Assembly: GCA_964460615.1 (NCBI GenBank)
Contig: CAYWPX010000008.1
Span: 6,849 to 70,848 of the forward strand
Length of the DNA stretch: 64,000 nucleotides
Direction of reading: 5' to 3'
From: an uncultured Planctomycetia bacterium
GTDB lineage: Bacteria; Omnitrophota; Gorgyraeia; CAYWPX01
Shown here in pieces: positions 55,891 to 64,000 of the stretch (within the stretch, counting starts at the first letter, position 1; every line of letters begins with the position of its first letter). The notes beneath the pieces were generated by a model. It was not told where the DNA came from, ran no database searches, and saw nothing but the letters and a program-made list of their open reading frames with translations. The translations under genes and the position numbers were made by a program.

Positions 55891-56120
55891 ACTCCCTTTA
55901 ATTGAATTTTAAATAAACTGTATCCGCCGCTTCTAACTCATAAGAGCCAAAAATCATAGACTGGTTAATGGGTATATACCTTATATATCAAATTTACACT
56001 AATATCGGCAATGTTTCAAATCATTAAATTTTAGATTATATCAAACTAAAATTATTTAGCAATAAAAAACTGCATAAAAAATAATATAAACACTATTTAT
56101 AGCTATAAAAAAATTCTAAG

Positions 56121-57353
56121 CTAACTTTTCTTCAGCGCTTTTATCCTTTCAAGGACCGGAGGATGGCTATAATCTAAAAAAACCTTAACCGGATGCGGGG
56201 TGAGATTGGACAGATTATCGACCGAGAGCTTTTTTAATGCCAAGACAAAAGCTTCGGGGTTATTGTAGGTGTCTTTGGCAAACTTATCAGCTTCATATTC
56301 ATGTTTCCTTGAAAAAATATTAGCTACAATATCAAAAATAAAATTAATAGGGCTATATAAAAAAGCAAAGAAAAATAAACTGCCGTAGATCGACAGGTTC
56401 TCCATCCTGAACGCTTCAAAGAGCCCCTTATTATTTATAAAAAATGAGAGGATAAAAAACATAAAACCGGAAGTTAATATTGACATCAAGATGTGCTTAA
56501 TAAAATGCTTCATCTTGTAATGGCCTATCTCGTGCGCTAAGACCGATACAAGCTCCTCTCTTGTATGCTTTTCAATAAGGGTATCATATAAGGCGATCCT
56601 TCTGAACCTTCCGAAACCGATGAAAAACGCATTCGATTTGGCGGATCTTTTCGAGGCATCCATCTTAAATATACCGCTCAACTTAAAATTCTGGGATCTT
56701 GCATAATCTTCAATGGCATGCTTCAGGCTGCCTTCTTCGATAGGAATAAATTTATTGAACAAAGGCAATATCACGATAGGCGCAATAAATGCAAGGAACA
56801 GCTCGAATATCACTACCCCGGCCCAGGAATATAGCCATGCCAAACTGCCCGTCTTTTCAAAAAACCATAGTACTGCCGCTAATATTGCTCCACCGATCAA
56901 TATCCCCAAAAAAATTTCTTTGATCTTATCCAGGATGAATGTTTTTACGGTCGTCCTGTTAAATCCGTATTTTTCCTCCAGGTAGAATGTCTTATAGAGG
57001 GAAAAAGGTATACCTATTATCTCCATTCCAAAAAATAAAATACCGGCAAATATCAATCCTCTCATTATGGAGTTAACCGCCAGAGAACGCGCAATAGTAT
57101 CGCAGAAATTGAATCCTCCGATCATTATAAAGATCAGAAAAAATACTGTGAAGAAACCGTCCTTAAACAAAGAAAACCTTGTATTATCCGCAAGATAAGC
57201 CTGGGACTTCTTATAAGTTTCAGTATTATAGAAACCCTCAAATTCGTTCGGCAGTTTAGGGGAGGCGCTTTTTATGTTAAGCGTTTCGACTAAAAAGCTC
57301 AATAGATATTCTGCTACCAATATGATAATAATCACCAGAAGATATATATTCAT
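56121..57353 (-). CDS. M48 family zinc metallopeptidase, Ste24/CAAX-prenyl-protease-1-like
   Basis: Seven N-terminal TMs, with the HEIGHYKMKH (HExxH) motif inside the last membrane-proximal region and a C-terminal EAD motif. Confidence 0.8.
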   Translation of the reverse strand: MNIYLLVIIIILVAEYLLSFLVETLNIKSASPKLPNEFEGFYNTETYKKSQAYLADNTRFSLFKDGFFTVFFLIFIMIGGFNFCDTIARSLAVNSIMRGLIFAGILFFGMEIIGIPFSLYKTFYLEEKYGFNRTTVKTFILDKIKEIFLGILIGGAILAAVLWFFEKTGSLAWLYSWAGVVIFELFLAFIAPIVILPLFNKFIPIEEGSLKHAIEDYARSQNFKLSGIFKMDASKRSAKSNAFFIGFGRFRRIALYDTLIEKHTREELVSVLAHEIGHYKMKHFIKHILMSILTSGFMFFILSFFINNKGLFEAFRMENLSIYGSLFFFAFLYSPINFIFDIVANIFSRKHEYEADKFAKDTYNNPEAFVLALKKLSVDNLSNLTPHPVKVFLDYSHPPVLERIKALKKS

Positions 57354-57357
57354 ATTT

Positions 57358-57984
57358 TTAAGGGCCTACAGGTTGATCTGATATAAGGTCTTCCAGACCG
57401 GTTTTAATGACTGATAAGCTTTTATTGAGATCAGCCAATTCATTTTTTAGGTTCTTTATCTCATTGTTTAGGGCTTCGGATCTTGAAGATTCAATGCTAA
57501 ACTTATTTTTAATATCTGAGCCAAGGCCCTCGAATCTTTTATTCATCTCTTCGATCGAAACGGCGGACGACTTCCCGAGTTTATCAAGATCGTCAATTTT
57601 TTGCTTAGCCAAACCGATTTCTTCGCTTAATTTTAGCTCGATACTTCTTGTATACTCTTCCAGCTTTTTATTTGCTTCGTTTAACAAAATAAAATTTTCT
57701 TCGAGCTTTTTTTTCGATTCTTCTATCTGGATATTAAAACTTTGCATGGCCTTAGAAAATCTTTCCATCTCGATCTTATGCTCCTGATGAAGGATGAAAT
57801 CCTCTTTCTCTTTCTTTGTCATGCTTTCAGTGGTAAGAGCGGCCTCGATGGATTTTTTCCCCCGTATCTCATTCATGATAGATTCTCTGATGGCCTTTTT
57901 GCCCTCCTCCTGCCTAAGTCCCAAGACACCGAGAATGATCAGATTTATGATAACCAACATCAATAAAATAAAATTTTTTCTCAT
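57358..57984 (-). CDS. Membrane-anchored coiled-coil protein, hypothetical
   Basis: N-terminal TM followed by about 170 aa of heptad-rich sequence. It ends 4 nt upstream of the M48 peptidase gene. Confidence 0.4.
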   Translation of the reverse strand: MRKNFILLMLVIINLIILGVLGLRQEEGKKAIRESIMNEIRGKKSIEAALTTESMTKKEKEDFILHQEHKIEMERFSKAMQSFNIQIEESKKKLEENFILLNEANKKLEEYTRSIELKLSEEIGLAKQKIDDLDKLGKSSAVSIEEMNKRFEGLGSDIKNKFSIESSRSEALNNEIKNLKNELADLNKSLSVIKTGLEDLISDQPVGP

Positions 57985-58064
57985 TATAAAACATCCTGCG
58001 CATTGTAAAACGGGTTAACCGGATATCCGGCAAAGAACCGCGATATCTAATATCAATTTATTTT

Positions 58065-58220
58065 TTAGCCTTTAGCAGCCTTTCTTTTAAGGGCCTTTTC
58101 CATCCTCATGCAGGCCTCTTTAGGGGTTTTACCTTCGGTCAGATTATTACAGCATATAGCAGCAAAGCCTTTTCTATTTTTTATCTTGAACACCTTCACA
58201 TCACATTTCCCTATTTTCAT
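58065..58220 (-). CDS. Small Cys-containing protein (51 aa), hypothetical. The ORF is shorter than the track threshold.
   Basis: Hand translation gives MKIGKCDVKVFKIKNRKGFAAICCNNLTEGKTPKEACMRMEKALKRKAAKG. An AGGGG-type RBS lies about 6 nt upstream of the ATG. Confidence 0.35.
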   Translation of the reverse strand: MKIGKCDVKVFKIKNRKGFAAICCNNLTEGKTPKEACMRMEKALKRKAAKG

Positions 58221-58307
58221 ATTCCGCCCCTTTCTTTTTTTATATTATACCTCAAAAAATCATAAATAAATAATTTCTTCTCTAATTTTTTATGGTATAA
58301 TCGGTTC

Positions 58308-59006
58308 ATGCTGAAAAAATACTTTAGATATTTAAGAAAAAGCTCCCAAAACCTGTACGAAAAAGACATTTTAACGCTTCTTGAGCCTAATGCCGGCGCC
58401 AAATTACTCGATATCGGTTCAAGTGACGGCGCGTGGACAAAAAAGATCGCTGATAGAGTCAGGACCAAGGATATCTATGCTGTCGAGATAGTTCCGGAAC
58501 TTGCCAAAAAAGCCGAAGCCCTGGGCATTAAGGTAAGCCTGGGGGATATTTCGCAAAAGTTCCCGTTTAGTGACAATTATTTTGACTGCGTACACGCAAA
58601 CCAGGTCATAGAGCATCTCTATAAAACCGAACACTTTGTCGAAGAGATAAAACGAGTCCTAAAAAAAGGCGGTTATGCAATTATTGCCACTGAAAATCTA
58701 GCCAGCTGGCACAATATATTCTCTCTTCTATTCGGATGGATGCCTATGTCATCTGCCAATTACTCTAAAATAAAATATAATGTTGGGAACCCTCTGGCGC
58801 TTCATAATAACGAGGATACTACCTACCCCGAATCCTTTCAGCATATAAGGGTTTTGTCCATAAGGGGGCTTCTGGATCTCTTTAAACTGCACGGATTCAG
58901 ACTGGAAAAGATCAAGGGCGCAGGTTACTACCCGCTTCCGGCAAAATTTGCCAGACTTGATGTCACGCACGCAGCATTTCTTACCGCAAAATTCAGAAAG
59001 CTCTAA
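58308..59006 (+). CDS. Class I SAM-dependent methyltransferase (Methyltransf_11-like)
   Basis: Motif I LLDIGSSDGAW, post-I acidic residue, and motif II/III spacing. Confidence 0.8.
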   Translation: MLKKYFRYLRKSSQNLYEKDILTLLEPNAGAKLLDIGSSDGAWTKKIADRVRTKDIYAVEIVPELAKKAEALGIKVSLGDISQKFPFSDNYFDCVHANQVIEHLYKTEHFVEEIKRVLKKGGYAIIATENLASWHNIFSLLFGWMPMSSANYSKIKYNVGNPLALHNNEDTTYPESFQHIRVLSIRGLLDLFKLHGFRLEKIKGAGYYPLPAKFARLDVTHAAFLTAKFRKL

Positions 59007-59079
59007 CTACAATAAAATGGGTGATCGCAACGCATTTATCTATGACTTAAGAGCCAAAGGAGGGTTTTTGTATTTTGGA

Positions 59080-60165
59080 TTAATCCTTAAAAGGTATATG
59101 GCAGCTTGATTTCATGCCATGCTTTTTGTAATACTCCTGATGGTACTCTTCTGCCTTATAAAATTCTGTTGCCGGCACGATCTCAGTAACGACCGGTTTT
59201 TTTAATCTCCCCGATCTTTCAAGATCGTCTTTGGAAGCCTTTGCAAGTTTTTCCTGTTCATTTGTATAATAAAAGATCACGGACCTGTACTGCGATCCCA
59301 CATCAGGCCCCTGCCTATCTAATGTAGTAGGATCGTGCGTAGCCCAGAAAATCGTAAGCAACTTATCGTAAGAAATTATTTTCGGGTCGTACTCTATCAC
59401 CACTGTCTCAACATGCCCGGTCTTATCTGTGCACACCTCTTCATAGGTAGGATTTTTTGTCTTGCCTCCCATATAGCCGACTGTAGTTGAAATAACTCCC
59501 TTGATGCCGGAATAAACATCCTCTGAACCCCAGAAACATCCTTCACCGAAAGCGGCTTTTTCATAAGTAGCTTTAGATCCTTTCTTTCCGAAAAGCACAA
59601 GAAATTTTCCATAGCCCTCTTTTTCCATATCCTCCAGAGGTATAAATCTGAGAGAGGCAGAATTAATACAATACCTCTGCCCTGACGGCTTTGGGCCGTC
59701 GTTAAATAAATGCCCTAAGTGCGAATTTCCCTTTTTGGACCTGACCTCTACTCTTTCCATCCCTAAGGACCTGTCAATTTTTTGATTGATAATGCCCTCG
59801 CTTATAGGCTTGGTAAAACTCGGCCATCCTGTCTTTGAGTCGAACTTATCAAGAGAACTGAATAGAGGTTCTCCGGTAACGATATCCACATAAATGCCTT
59901 CCGATTTGTTGTCCCAGTATTCATTCTTAAAAGGCGTCTCTGTACCGTTCTCTTTTACCACTTTATATTGTTCGGGAGTAAGGATCTTTCTTAGTTCTTC
60001 GTCGCTTGGAGGTAAGGAGCATTGCTCGTGAGATTCATTATTATTGAGATCTTTTTCATTTTTCATGGAGGCCTCCTCGCCGCTAGCTTGTGTATGGCTA
60101 TTAAAAAAGAAGATGGGCAATAAAAGCACGATTATAACAAGATAGAGTTTAAGAACGGATTTCAT
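59080..60165 (-). CDS. msrAB: Bifunctional peptide-methionine sulfoxide reductase MsrB-MsrA fusion, membrane-anchored/secreted
   Basis: MsrB half with the catalytic [11 protein letters not shown] and an HLGHLF Zn site. MsrA half with GCFWG. N-terminal TM/signal. Confidence 0.85.
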   Translation of the reverse strand: MKSVLKLYLVIIVLLLPIFFFNSHTQASGEEASMKNEKDLNNNESHEQCSLPPSDEELRKILTPEQYKVVKENGTETPFKNEYWDNKSEGIYVDIVTGEPLFSSLDKFDSKTGWPSFTKPISEGIINQKIDRSLGMERVEVRSKKGNSHLGHLFNDGPKPSGQRYCINSASLRFIPLEDMEKEGYGKFLVLFGKKGSKATYEKAAFGEGCFWGSEDVYSGIKGVISTTVGYMGGKTKNPTYEEVCTDKTGHVETVVIEYDPKIISYDKLLTIFWATHDPTTLDRQGPDVGSQYRSVIFYYTNEQEKLAKASKDDLERSGRLKKPVVTEIVPATEFYKAEEYHQEYYKKHGMKSSCHIPFKD

Positions 60166-60168
60166 AGA

Positions 60169-60693
60169 TCACCCCTTGTGTACCATATCCCAAATGGCTG
60201 AATAGAAACTCTTAAATATATCATGCGCGCCGACTACTCCTACCATCTTGCCTTCGGAAACTACCGGCAAAGTATGCATGGATCTCGATACCATTACATC
60301 TATCATTTCGCTTAAGGTGGTATCTTCATTTACAGTCACCACATCATGTGTCATCGCAAAATTCACTGTGGGATTGCAGCAGGCAGTCTTTCCCTTTTCA
60401 ACCACAACGCCGGACCTGATCATATTTATCACCGCAAATAGATCGGTTTTTGTGACAACCCCTGCTATCTTACCGGAGCCATTTTCCAACACAGGCATTC
60501 CGCTGATCCTTTTTTCTATCATTATCTTTGAGAGATCCGCAAGATTGACATCTTTGTCAGTTGTAATGACAGATCTCGTCATAATATCGCTCGCTTTGAT
60601 CGACTTGAGCCTGGCTTCCAGGTTTTCAACATTAACTTCCATCGGGGCCATTATATACCTCCTTAATTTTATCTGCCGGGTGACATTACCCAA
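60169..60693 (-). CDS. CBS domain pair protein
   Basis: Two CBS modules (IMTRSVITT...MPVL and MTHDVVTV...LPVV). Confidence 0.75.
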   Translation of the reverse strand: MGNVTRQIKLRRYIMAPMEVNVENLEARLKSIKASDIMTRSVITTDKDVNLADLSKIMIEKRISGMPVLENGSGKIAGVVTKTDLFAVINMIRSGVVVEKGKTACCNPTVNFAMTHDVVTVNEDTTLSEMIDVMVSRSMHTLPVVSEGKMVGVVGAHDIFKSFYSAIWDMVHKG

Positions 60694-61853
60694 TAATCGG
60701 TATTTTTATCAGCTTTCAATAGATAAAGCCTTCTATTTATATTGGGCTCTTTATCAAAAAGCCTGTTATAAAAATCATCAAAAAATTCCGGAGACTCCAG
60801 ATAATACCCGTGCCTGAAACTTGCCTGGTTTATGGGAGTAACATCAATGACGGTAATCTTGTCGGGATCCAGGGATTTCAGATACAAGAGATCTTTTGTC
60901 TCTTCAAGTTGCGCGGGATCTCCTCCTTTTTGCCTCCCAAGCCTCTTTTCCCTATTCACTAATACGCTCATCAAAAGAGCCTCATCATCACTTGAAACAT
61001 AGGTTGTAAGTTTTTTTGACAAAGTTGACAGCTGGTTTTTGAATTTTTCATCGAATTCGTCATTTCCGACATCAGGCGCGGCAAGTATCACATGAGCGAT
61101 TTCCAGATCCTGGTCTCTGAGGTCCGGATATTCATGCATCTCGTCAAATGCGTCGCAGACAACCTGGCAGCCAAGGCTCGCGCTTTCTATCCACAGATTA
61201 ACGGGTTTAACATCTCTTATGATTTTACCGAGTAAATTTCCTAAATATGGCCCGGATAATTTTGCAACATTGGAAGCCTTTTTATATTCTCTTATGCCCA
61301 TACTTTTATCCCCCGGCCAATCAAAAAGCAGCACCGGAGTGTTGGCATCAAGGGAATACATCGAATAGCTAGCCATCAACGAATTATTCTCAAAACTGTT
61401 GTTATACCCGAAAACCATTACTAAAAGCGAATTATGGGGGGACTTGTCTACATCAAGCTTAAGTTCCTTATAAAAATCAATTTCATCAAGCACAATATTA
61501 TCCTTGATCTTCATCAGGCCTGATTTCTCAATTGCAAGAGGCAACATCGTCCCAACGCCAAGCGCCGGGTCTATCATAACCTTCAAAATACCATATGACA
61601 TCTTATCGCTCATCTGCGAACCGAATTTATCATCCTGCCCGTTAATGGAAGACATTTGGCGGTTAGTAGCATAATAGAGACTCACTACTCTGAAGCGGCC
61701 AGCCTTATCATAGGGAACCCTTTTGTAGAGGCTTTGGATATATGGTGATTTTTCCTGAGGTACCGAGGCGCATCCCGAAAGAAGCAGGACGATAAAAGCT
61801 ATGAATAAAATATTAAGAAAATTGAGCTTCATCTTCTTATTGTTACTATCCAT
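60669..61853 (-). CDS. Lipoprotein, DUF900-type alpha/beta hydrolase-like
   Basis: Lipobox LLSGC. The VMVFGYNNSFENN block resembles the DUF900 hydrolase-like signature. Confidence 0.55.
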   Translation of the reverse strand: MDSNNKKMKLNFLNILFIAFIVLLLSGCASVPQEKSPYIQSLYKRVPYDKAGRFRVVSLYYATNRQMSSINGQDDKFGSQMSDKMSYGILKVMIDPALGVGTMLPLAIEKSGLMKIKDNIVLDEIDFYKELKLDVDKSPHNSLLVMVFGYNNSFENNSLMASYSMYSLDANTPVLLFDWPGDKSMGIREYKKASNVAKLSGPYLGNLLGKIIRDVKPVNLWIESASLGCQVVCDAFDEMHEYPDLRDQDLEIAHVILAAPDVGNDEFDEKFKNQLSTLSKKLTTYVSSDDEALLMSVLVNREKRLGRQKGGDPAQLEETKDLLYLKSLDPDKITVIDVTPINQASFRHGYYLESPEFFDDFYNRLFDKEPNINRRLYLLKADKNTDYWVMSPGR

Positions 61854-61893
61854 CTATCCGATCCTTTCTTAACCCGGCCGAAAATTTTTAATT

Positions 61894-62679
61894 CTATTTA
61901 ATATCTTTTTTTAACCCCTTACATAAAAATTCCATAGCCTTATGGGCAATAATAAGCCCGAATATAGCCGTTAAAGTCGGAAGGCTTCCCAATTTCTTCC
62001 TGGATCTACCCCTCATATAGCTATCTTCTAAGGGTGAATTTTCCGGCTCTTCGAAACCCAGATTCGGTTTTTCTTCGGACCAAACAGAAAAAATTCCGCG
62101 TTTTATGCCTAATTTACGAAGCCTCTTCCTTAGCTTCTGCGCCAAAGGGCAGTTTGTGCTGTCAAAAAGATCCCCGGATCTTATCAAAAACGGATCCAGT
62201 CTGGTAGCGGCCCCCATAGATGAAATTACAGGGATACCTTTTCTATAACAGGCATCCAATAGCTGGACTTTTGGATTAAGAGAATCTATAGCATCTATAA
62301 CAAGATTCGGCGAATCATCAAGTATCCCATCCAATGTCTCCTGGGCGGCAAAGATCTCAAGGGCCTCAACTTTGGCCTTAGGATTTATGCTTAAGATCCT
62401 TTCTTTGACTAACTCTGCTTTAGACCTGCCGAGAGTACAGTGAGTCGCCAACAGGTGCCTGTTTAAATTGGTCGGCTTTATTTTGTCAAAATCAACGATC
62501 CTGAATTTCCCGACACCTGCTCTGGCTAAACCTTCAACCGCATAGCTCCCCACAGCCCCAAGGCCTATGACTACAACAAAGCTTTTATGCAGAACTTTTA
62601 GTTTAGCTTTTCCCAGCAATAGTTCTATGCAAAAAAATTGTTCCATTTTCCCAGATGATCTTTCTGAATTGCTCTTCAT
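61894..62679 (-). CDS. tcdA: tRNA threonylcarbamoyladenosine dehydratase TcdA-like (ThiF/MoeB E1-like)
   Basis: VVVIGLGAVGSYAVEGLARAGVGKFRIVDFD Rossmann motif. The likely start is the internal Met (MEQFF, about 62646), because the track ORF overlaps tatD by 77 nt. Confidence 0.75.
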   Translation of the reverse strand: MKSNSERSSGKMEQFFCIELLLGKAKLKVLHKSFVVVIGLGAVGSYAVEGLARAGVGKFRIVDFDKIKPTNLNRHLLATHCTLGRSKAELVKERILSINPKAKVEALEIFAAQETLDGILDDSPNLVIDAIDSLNPKVQLLDACYRKGIPVISSMGAATRLDPFLIRSGDLFDSTNCPLAQKLRKRLRKLGIKRGIFSVWSEEKPNLGFEEPENSPLEDSYMRGRSRKKLGSLPTLTAIFGLIIAHKAMEFLCKGLKKDIK

Positions 62680-63379
62680 TGATTTTTTTTATTTCCGCCG
62701 CGGTTTTATAAAGCCTTGAAATTATCCTGAAATATTCCTCTGAAATTGCGCTGCTATTAGAAAAATAAGGAAAATCCGTTTCAAGAAGCAGCCGCTCGTT
62801 CGGAACAATACGAAATACTTCCAAAAGCCTCTGGGATCTCCCCTCAAGATATTTTAACGGAAACGATATATAGCCGTTTAATTTCAGAAGTTCTTTCACG
62901 ACCTCTTCCGAGCTATTAAAAGCATGGGCCATAAAAGTAAGATCTTTTTGGTCATATCTTTTAAGTGTTTCGACCATCTCTCCCCAGGCGTCGATACAAT
63001 GGATGGTTACGGGCTTTTTAAAGAGGGCTGCGATTTCAAGCTGTCTATCAAAAACTGTCTTCGCCTTTTCAAAATCTATCTCTTTTTTTAATCGGTCCAG
63101 GCCTATCTCACCAATGCCTGAATTTGGGTCTTGGATAAATTTTGTTAGCTCTGTATCCCAACCTGGCTTGATCTTTTCTATAAACCACGGATGGACTCCG
63201 AAAAAAGGGACTACATTATCGTTATTTAAAGCAAGATCCCTGACAATCTGCCAATCGTCTGGCGATGTAGCATTACAAAAGAATCTACCTACCTTTTCGG
63301 AAGGTAGCCCTGATAAAATAGAATTTTTATATTTATATTCTTTCACATCTTGCAGGTGTATATGCGCATCTTGAAGCAT
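62603..63379 (-). CDS. tatD: TatD family metal-dependent hydrolase/DNase
   Basis: The N-terminus LQDAHIHLQD (HxH), an internal E/H, and the C-terminal D of the TatD fold. Confidence 0.8.
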   Translation of the reverse strand: MLQDAHIHLQDVKEYKYKNSILSGLPSEKVGRFFCNATSPDDWQIVRDLALNNDNVVPFFGVHPWFIEKIKPGWDTELTKFIQDPNSGIGEIGLDRLKKEIDFEKAKTVFDRQLEIAALFKKPVTIHCIDAWGEMVETLKRYDQKDLTFMAHAFNSSEEVVKELLKLNGYISFPLKYLEGRSQRLLEVFRIVPNERLLLETDFPYFSNSSAISEEYFRIISRLYKTAAEIKKINEEQFRKIIWENGTIFLHRTIAGKS

Positions 63380-63577
63380 GATTGTCAGCTTTCATCGAAC
63401 TGATAATAAAAATATCAGAGTCACGGTTAAAAAAATTAATGTTTTTTTGGAAGGTTGTTTTAGAAGGCAACTAAGAAGAGCGCATCGCGTGCTCCCCTTA
63501 AAGCCATAACTTGTAAGTGCTTTATTCATCAGGCAAGACTTTATATGTAAAGGTTATTTATGGATTTTAGATACTGT

Positions 63578-63964
63578 TTATTCTATCTTTAAATCCAGTT
63601 TATGGGTTCTCTGCTTGGCAAGATCCCATACATATTCATAAAGATGCAAACCTTTGGAACAGGCGATTATCTCTCCGTTTCCCACGCCTATCTCTTCAGC
63701 CATATACTGCTTAACGAGCTCCAGGCCTCCTAGATTAGAAGGGAAACCTCCCCACAAATCCCACGACCTGAAATATAAAAAGAAATGAAGTTTGCCGTAG
63801 CGGACTCTGGTATCTATAAGCCTAAGGCACGGCGGATCCACTAATTTGAGGTCCGAAGGCATCCCTATCTCCATGACTGCCTGATTGGTCCCGTAGTTAC
63901 CGGATTTATAGATCTTTATAACCTCCTCGATCTGATTGCAGTCAAGAGGTATTTCCTTGATCAT
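63578..63964 (-). CDS. Thymidylate synthase (ThyA-fold) family protein, C-terminal part. The gene probably continues beyond the window end.
   Basis: PPCLRLIDTRVRYGKLHFFLYFRSWDLWGGFPSNLGGLELVKQYMAEE aligns with the ThyA catalytic-Cys region PCH...[26 protein letters not shown]. Only about 128 aa lie inside the window, which corresponds to the C-terminal ~60% of a ThyA-like protein. Confidence 0.55.
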   Translation of the reverse strand: MIKEIPLDCNQIEEVIKIYKSGNYGTNQAVMEIGMPSDLKLVDPPCLRLIDTRVRYGKLHFFLYFRSWDLWGGFPSNLGGLELVKQYMAEEIGVGNGEIIACSKGLHLYEYVWDLAKQRTHKLDLKIE

Positions 63965-64000
63965 TTTAGCGCCGCCGACTTCAAGCTCAACTTTTGCCTT

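Noticed and set aside
239-57353. ICMT-family methyltransferase (239..853) and Ste24-like M48 CAAX protease (56121..57353) as a bacterial CAAX-processing pathway
   Set aside because: The two genes are 55 kb apart with unrelated neighbours. Both families are common stand-alone membrane enzymes in bacteria, so there is no evidence of functional linkage from this window.
58217-58468. 83-aa minus-strand ORF
   Set aside because: It is antisense to the first 160 nt of the well-supported methyltransferase gene (58308..59006). Its C-terminus (ERGG) is simply the RBS region of the small ORF at 58065..58220 read in frame.

Overview
This window is an AT-rich, gene-dense segment of bacterial chromosome. 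Almost every real gene (more than 60) is on the minus strand. Only cstA (31280..32968) and a SAM-methyltransferase (58308..59006) are on the plus strand. The other plus-strand ORFs in the track overlap good minus-strand genes and look spurious. The organism may be an uncultivated PVC-group or Omnitrophota-like bacterium. This is inferred only from a prepilin protein with a C-terminal DGH (H-X9-DG-like) motif, multiple B12-binding radical SAM enzymes and the low GC content. Recognisable content, in order along the window: a partial class I fumarate hydratase; an ICMT-family methyltransferase; a complete preQ0/preQ1 operon (queF, queE, queC, queD); murI; a cell-wall amidase; tRNA-Ser(GCT); about 0.55 kb of non-coding DNA full of hairpin repeats; tadA next to its substrate tRNA-Arg(ACG); a prepilin-like protein; a B12-rSAM; sufC and sufD; a nitroreductase; a REC-GGDEF(GGDDF)-MshEN signalling protein; a HAD hydrolase; nrnA; a fumarylacetoacetate hydrolase (FAH)-family hydrolase; a glycerol module (glpK, glpA-like, an oxidoreductase, DUF1667 and a lipase); a PEBP-family protein; two paralogous secreted coiled-coil proteins; DUF2207 with LemA; a SplB-like rSAM paired with a B12-rSAM; cstA; trpB2; a PilZ protein; a GH3 protein and a LOG protein; a long co-directional putative arylacetate module (SSS permease, outer-membrane barrel, iorA, iorB and two PaaK ligases each followed by an ACT protein); a Sir2/CobB deacylase; addA and addB; a class-A beta-lactamase-like protein; a Ste24-like M48 peptidase; a fused MsrB/MsrA; a CBS protein; a DUF900 hydrolase; tcdA; tatD; and a partial diverged thymidylate-synthase-family gene at the window end. 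I saw no CRISPR array, transposase, integrase or recognisable defence system. The most unusual signals are small-scale. A 22-nt intergenic motif with a stop in all three frames recurs at three loci in the same orientation. A TTCGTACATCG motif appears as a 14-bp-arm perfect palindrome upstream of trpB2 and as a tandem direct repeat upstream of tRNA-Arg/tadA. A 47-bp perfect direct repeat sits in one promoter region. A family of TTCCCGC/GCGGGAA hairpins lies between the two tRNAs. The GGDEF protein carries a c-di-GMP-receptor MshEN domain. GH3 and LOG, both plant-hormone enzyme families, sit beside the arylacetate/indolepyruvate module.
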